Under the pieces are notes generated by a model. It was not told the DNA's origin. It saw only the letters and a list, made by a program, of their open reading frames with translations, and did not search any database. The translations under genes and the position numbers were made by a program. A stretch of DNA of 64,000 nucleotides. It comes from Octopus bimaculoides (Eukaryota). The stretch is from the NCBI RefSeq assembly GCF_001194135.2, contig NC_068992.1, positions 144,165-208,164 on the forward strand. Reading direction: 5' to 3'. Shown here piece by piece: positions 63,471-64,000 of the stretch; position 1 is the first letter of the stretch; each line of letters opens with the position of its first letter.

Positions 63471-64000
63471 AAGTTTGGATAAATATCTACAGATAAAAAT
63501 ATCAGAAGGAAGTGGATAGGCGCATAGTCATATGCGTGAGAGATGCAGATGATATATGAATGAACTGAATGTTAGAGACAGGAAAATATAAAAGTGCGAA
63601 GGCAAATTGAGTCGAGAATAAAGATCTGAATCAGTCGTCTAATTACGTCGAATCAATTTCCTAATCACATAATTTTTGTCGAATGGAAAACGCTATGGGG
63701 TGACAGAATTTGGTTGAAGACCTAATAAGGTGTTTTGACAGAGATCACCGAATTAACCTTCATGCAACTGAATGTATGTGTGTGTGTTTATACACAACAC
63801 ATATACTTACACATATACATACACACATATACATACGCGCACACAATCTATCAATTAATCTCTCTCACTCTCTCTATTTCTCTCTCTCTCTCTCTTTATC
63901 TATCTATTTATTGAACTATCTATCTACACACACAGAGACACATAGACACACACATATGTATATGTGTATATATATACATATACATATATATATATATATA

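Overview
AT-rich, microsatellite- and SINE-dense metazoan genomic DNA with 14 assembly gaps. The SINE repertoire and repeat style suggest Octopus (inference). The only confidently supported protein-coding gene is a voltage-gated K+ channel beta subunit (Kvbeta/KCNAB/Hyperkinetic family, aldo-keto reductase fold) on the minus strand. It has three clear conserved exons (19884-19927, 9067-9104, 1521-1600) and two in-phase candidate N-terminal exons (42549-42607, 35082-35198); its 3' part lies beyond the window start. The rest is intron or upstream DNA filled with several tRNA-derived SINE families, RTE and R4/Dong-like LINE fragments, maT, mariner and hAT fossils, MITEs, a Penelope GIY-YIG fragment and a U6 snRNA pseudogene abutting a SINE. 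The most striking item is a four-copy short element with a tRNA-like Pol III head, an (AAT)n linker and a tail carrying a Penelope-type minimal hammerhead ribozyme. It occurs in inverted arrangements, next to a second hammerhead family. Also notable: long hairpins inside the Kvbeta pre-mRNA, an intronic CpG-rich NRF1/ETS/YY1 promoter-like island, and a qualitative CpG-poor to CpG-rich transition near 44.6 kb that probably marks the gene's 5' end.
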